Assembly: GCA_043228905.1 (NCBI GenBank)
Contig: JBHGNT010000006.1
Location: forward strand, 21,266,001 to 21,330,000
Direction of reading: 5' to 3'
Source of the DNA: Azolla caroliniana
Taxonomy: Eukaryota; Plantae; Polypodiophyta
DNA length: 64,000 bases
In this document: one piece after another, positions 62,600-64,000 of the stretch
Position numbering within the stretch: the stretch's first letter is position 1
Layout of the letters: the number at the start of each line of letters is the position of its first letter
Notes under the pieces: generated by a model
What the model was told of the DNA's origin: nothing
Databases searched by the model: none
Seen by the model: the letters and a program-made list of their open reading frames with translations, nothing else
Position numbers and translations under genes: made by a program

Positions 62600-62671
62600 T
62601 CATTGTAGCTGAAATCTCACTTTCTCTCTTCTTGGCACGTACCGGAGGACGTGCGGTTTGGTGGGGGTGGA

Positions 62672-63708
62672 TGTCGTGAAGATTTTCGGCAATAGTGTGA
62701 AAATCCCATAAAACGTACAAAATCGAGTATGAATCACATAATACAATAATTGTTAACATAACATTTTAAATAAATTTAATATCTAAGTACAAAATGATGG
62801 AGGTTTCGAATGCACTTTATTACACGAGAAACAGACAACTAAATGTCAAGATATGAGGGTATAAAGTTTGTGAAAGGAAAAGAGAAAATTGTGCGATATC
62901 CCACATAGACACGACAAATACGGCTCTCATCATATATAAGGTAGAGCAAAAGATATTATCTTTGTGTCTATGTGTGGAGCATAGAGACTTCAAGGTAACT
63001 TGAACTAAGAGTGGAGGTGGGCTAGCTACTCGTAAAAGGTTTTGGCCAACCAAAACCGGACCGGCGATGGCGCCGGTGAGACGACGGCATCCAACAAGGC
63101 ATCGGTAACCAACGACATCCGACGAACCGGTGTCCGGCGACTATATAAATATATATACATATATACACATACAAGGAGGGCAAGTAAGGATTCAAAACCT
63201 TGCACCTCCGAGTTAGGAGTCAATTGGCTTACCATTAAGCCATGCCATTTAGTTGAATTTATATTTCTATCATTGTACTTTTACATGTAAATTCTCATAC
63301 ATGAGAGCTAAAATGAGTGACATGGTTATCATGCACCACATGTAATACATAAGCACCAAATGGCAAACATGCAATTTATGCATGTCTTGTACCCTCACAT
63401 GCATCATATGCATGAGAGCATCTATAAAAGAAGGAAGGGGGAGGAGAAAAAACACGTTTCTTTTTATGAAATTAAGAAGAAGAAATTCGTTATCAAATTG
63501 ATTGTGTAACTTGTTTCTTAAATCTAAAGTTAAAAGTTCAATCAATCTCTCTCAATCGTGTAATCTCAACTTCTCTCTTTCCCAATCTATCTTAAGTACT
63601 TTCTCGCTAAAGCTTGCGCCAAAGCTTGTACCGACTTTGAAACCTTCCGGTCCAGAACCCCGGCGGTTTCGCCTCACAATCCGTGCGTAGTGATGGACCT
63701 TCACGACA
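62672..63708 (+). repeat. 3' LTR of J, with a second tRNA-like cassette at 63178-63246 (minus)
   Basis: TGTCGTGAAG...CTTCACGACA; homologous to the split 5' LTR. Confidence 0.93.
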
Positions 63709-63712
63709 ACGG

Positions 63713-64000
63713 TTCGACGTACGCACGGGTGAAGAGCCAGGACGGGCGTCACTCTGTCCATTTCTTGACAGTTCGTTCTAACCATTAACGTAACCTCGAA
63801 TCTCTTGCCAGTGATGGCCGGGAGGATTTTGAAAGAGGGCTATCAAGGCATAGGGCCGTCGTAGTCCTCGCACCCTGGACAAACCCCACACATGTACCAT
63901 AGGTAGAAAGTTTTGGTTCTCCAAGAACGGAGGTTGTACTATAACCGGCATCAACAGCGGGGAAAAGAATCAGGTCAGAGATCATTTAAGGGCGTGTAGT
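63713..64000 (+). pseudogene. Element I protease end, frameshift site and pol start
   Basis: STYARVKSQDGRHSV, then GGATTTT at 63824-63830 and stem GAGGGCTA/TAGTCCTC. Confidence 0.82.

Larger units (their letters stand above)
50915..63708 (+). mobile_element. Element J: full-length Trp-primed Ty3/gypsy; 5' LTR split by L
   Basis: 5' LTR 50915-51001 plus 55975-56890, PBS 56899-56915, 3' LTR 62672-63708, TSD acgg/acgg. Confidence 0.94.

Overview
The window is almost entirely a stack of nested, mostly decayed transposable elements from a land-plant genome; no intact host gene is evident. TTAGGG arrays, Trp-primed non-chromoviral Ty3/gypsy elements and CG/CHG decay suggest a non-seed plant such as a bryophyte, but this is inference. 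An old tRNA-Trp-primed Ty3/gypsy element (A, 123-47656) contains, directly or nested: a gag-only non-autonomous element (B) holding a Ty1/copia (C); an inverted copia solo-LTR split by a full-length Tork-like copia (D); a gypsy solo-LTR (E); an endonuclease-less Penelope-like element with a hammerhead ribozyme; a chromovirus (G) holding a one-ended element with a spliced RING-finger gene, a truncated Arg-primed element (K) and a young full-length Trp-primed gypsy (F); and a truncated reverse LTR element (M). Beyond 47657 lie a copia/gypsy chimera and another Trp-primed gypsy (I), which is interrupted by a full-length element (J) whose 5' LTR is split by a second gag-only element (L). The strongest signals come from comparing the Trp-primed family members. 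They share (1) a G_GAU_UUU -1 frameshift site plus a covarying pseudoknot located after the protease, (2) 4-bp target-site duplications that all have CpG at the centre, (3) covarying hairpins before the PPT and at the U5 end, and (4) an antisense tRNA-like Pol III A/B-box cassette in two LTR types. Junctions were read by eye and may be off by a few bases.
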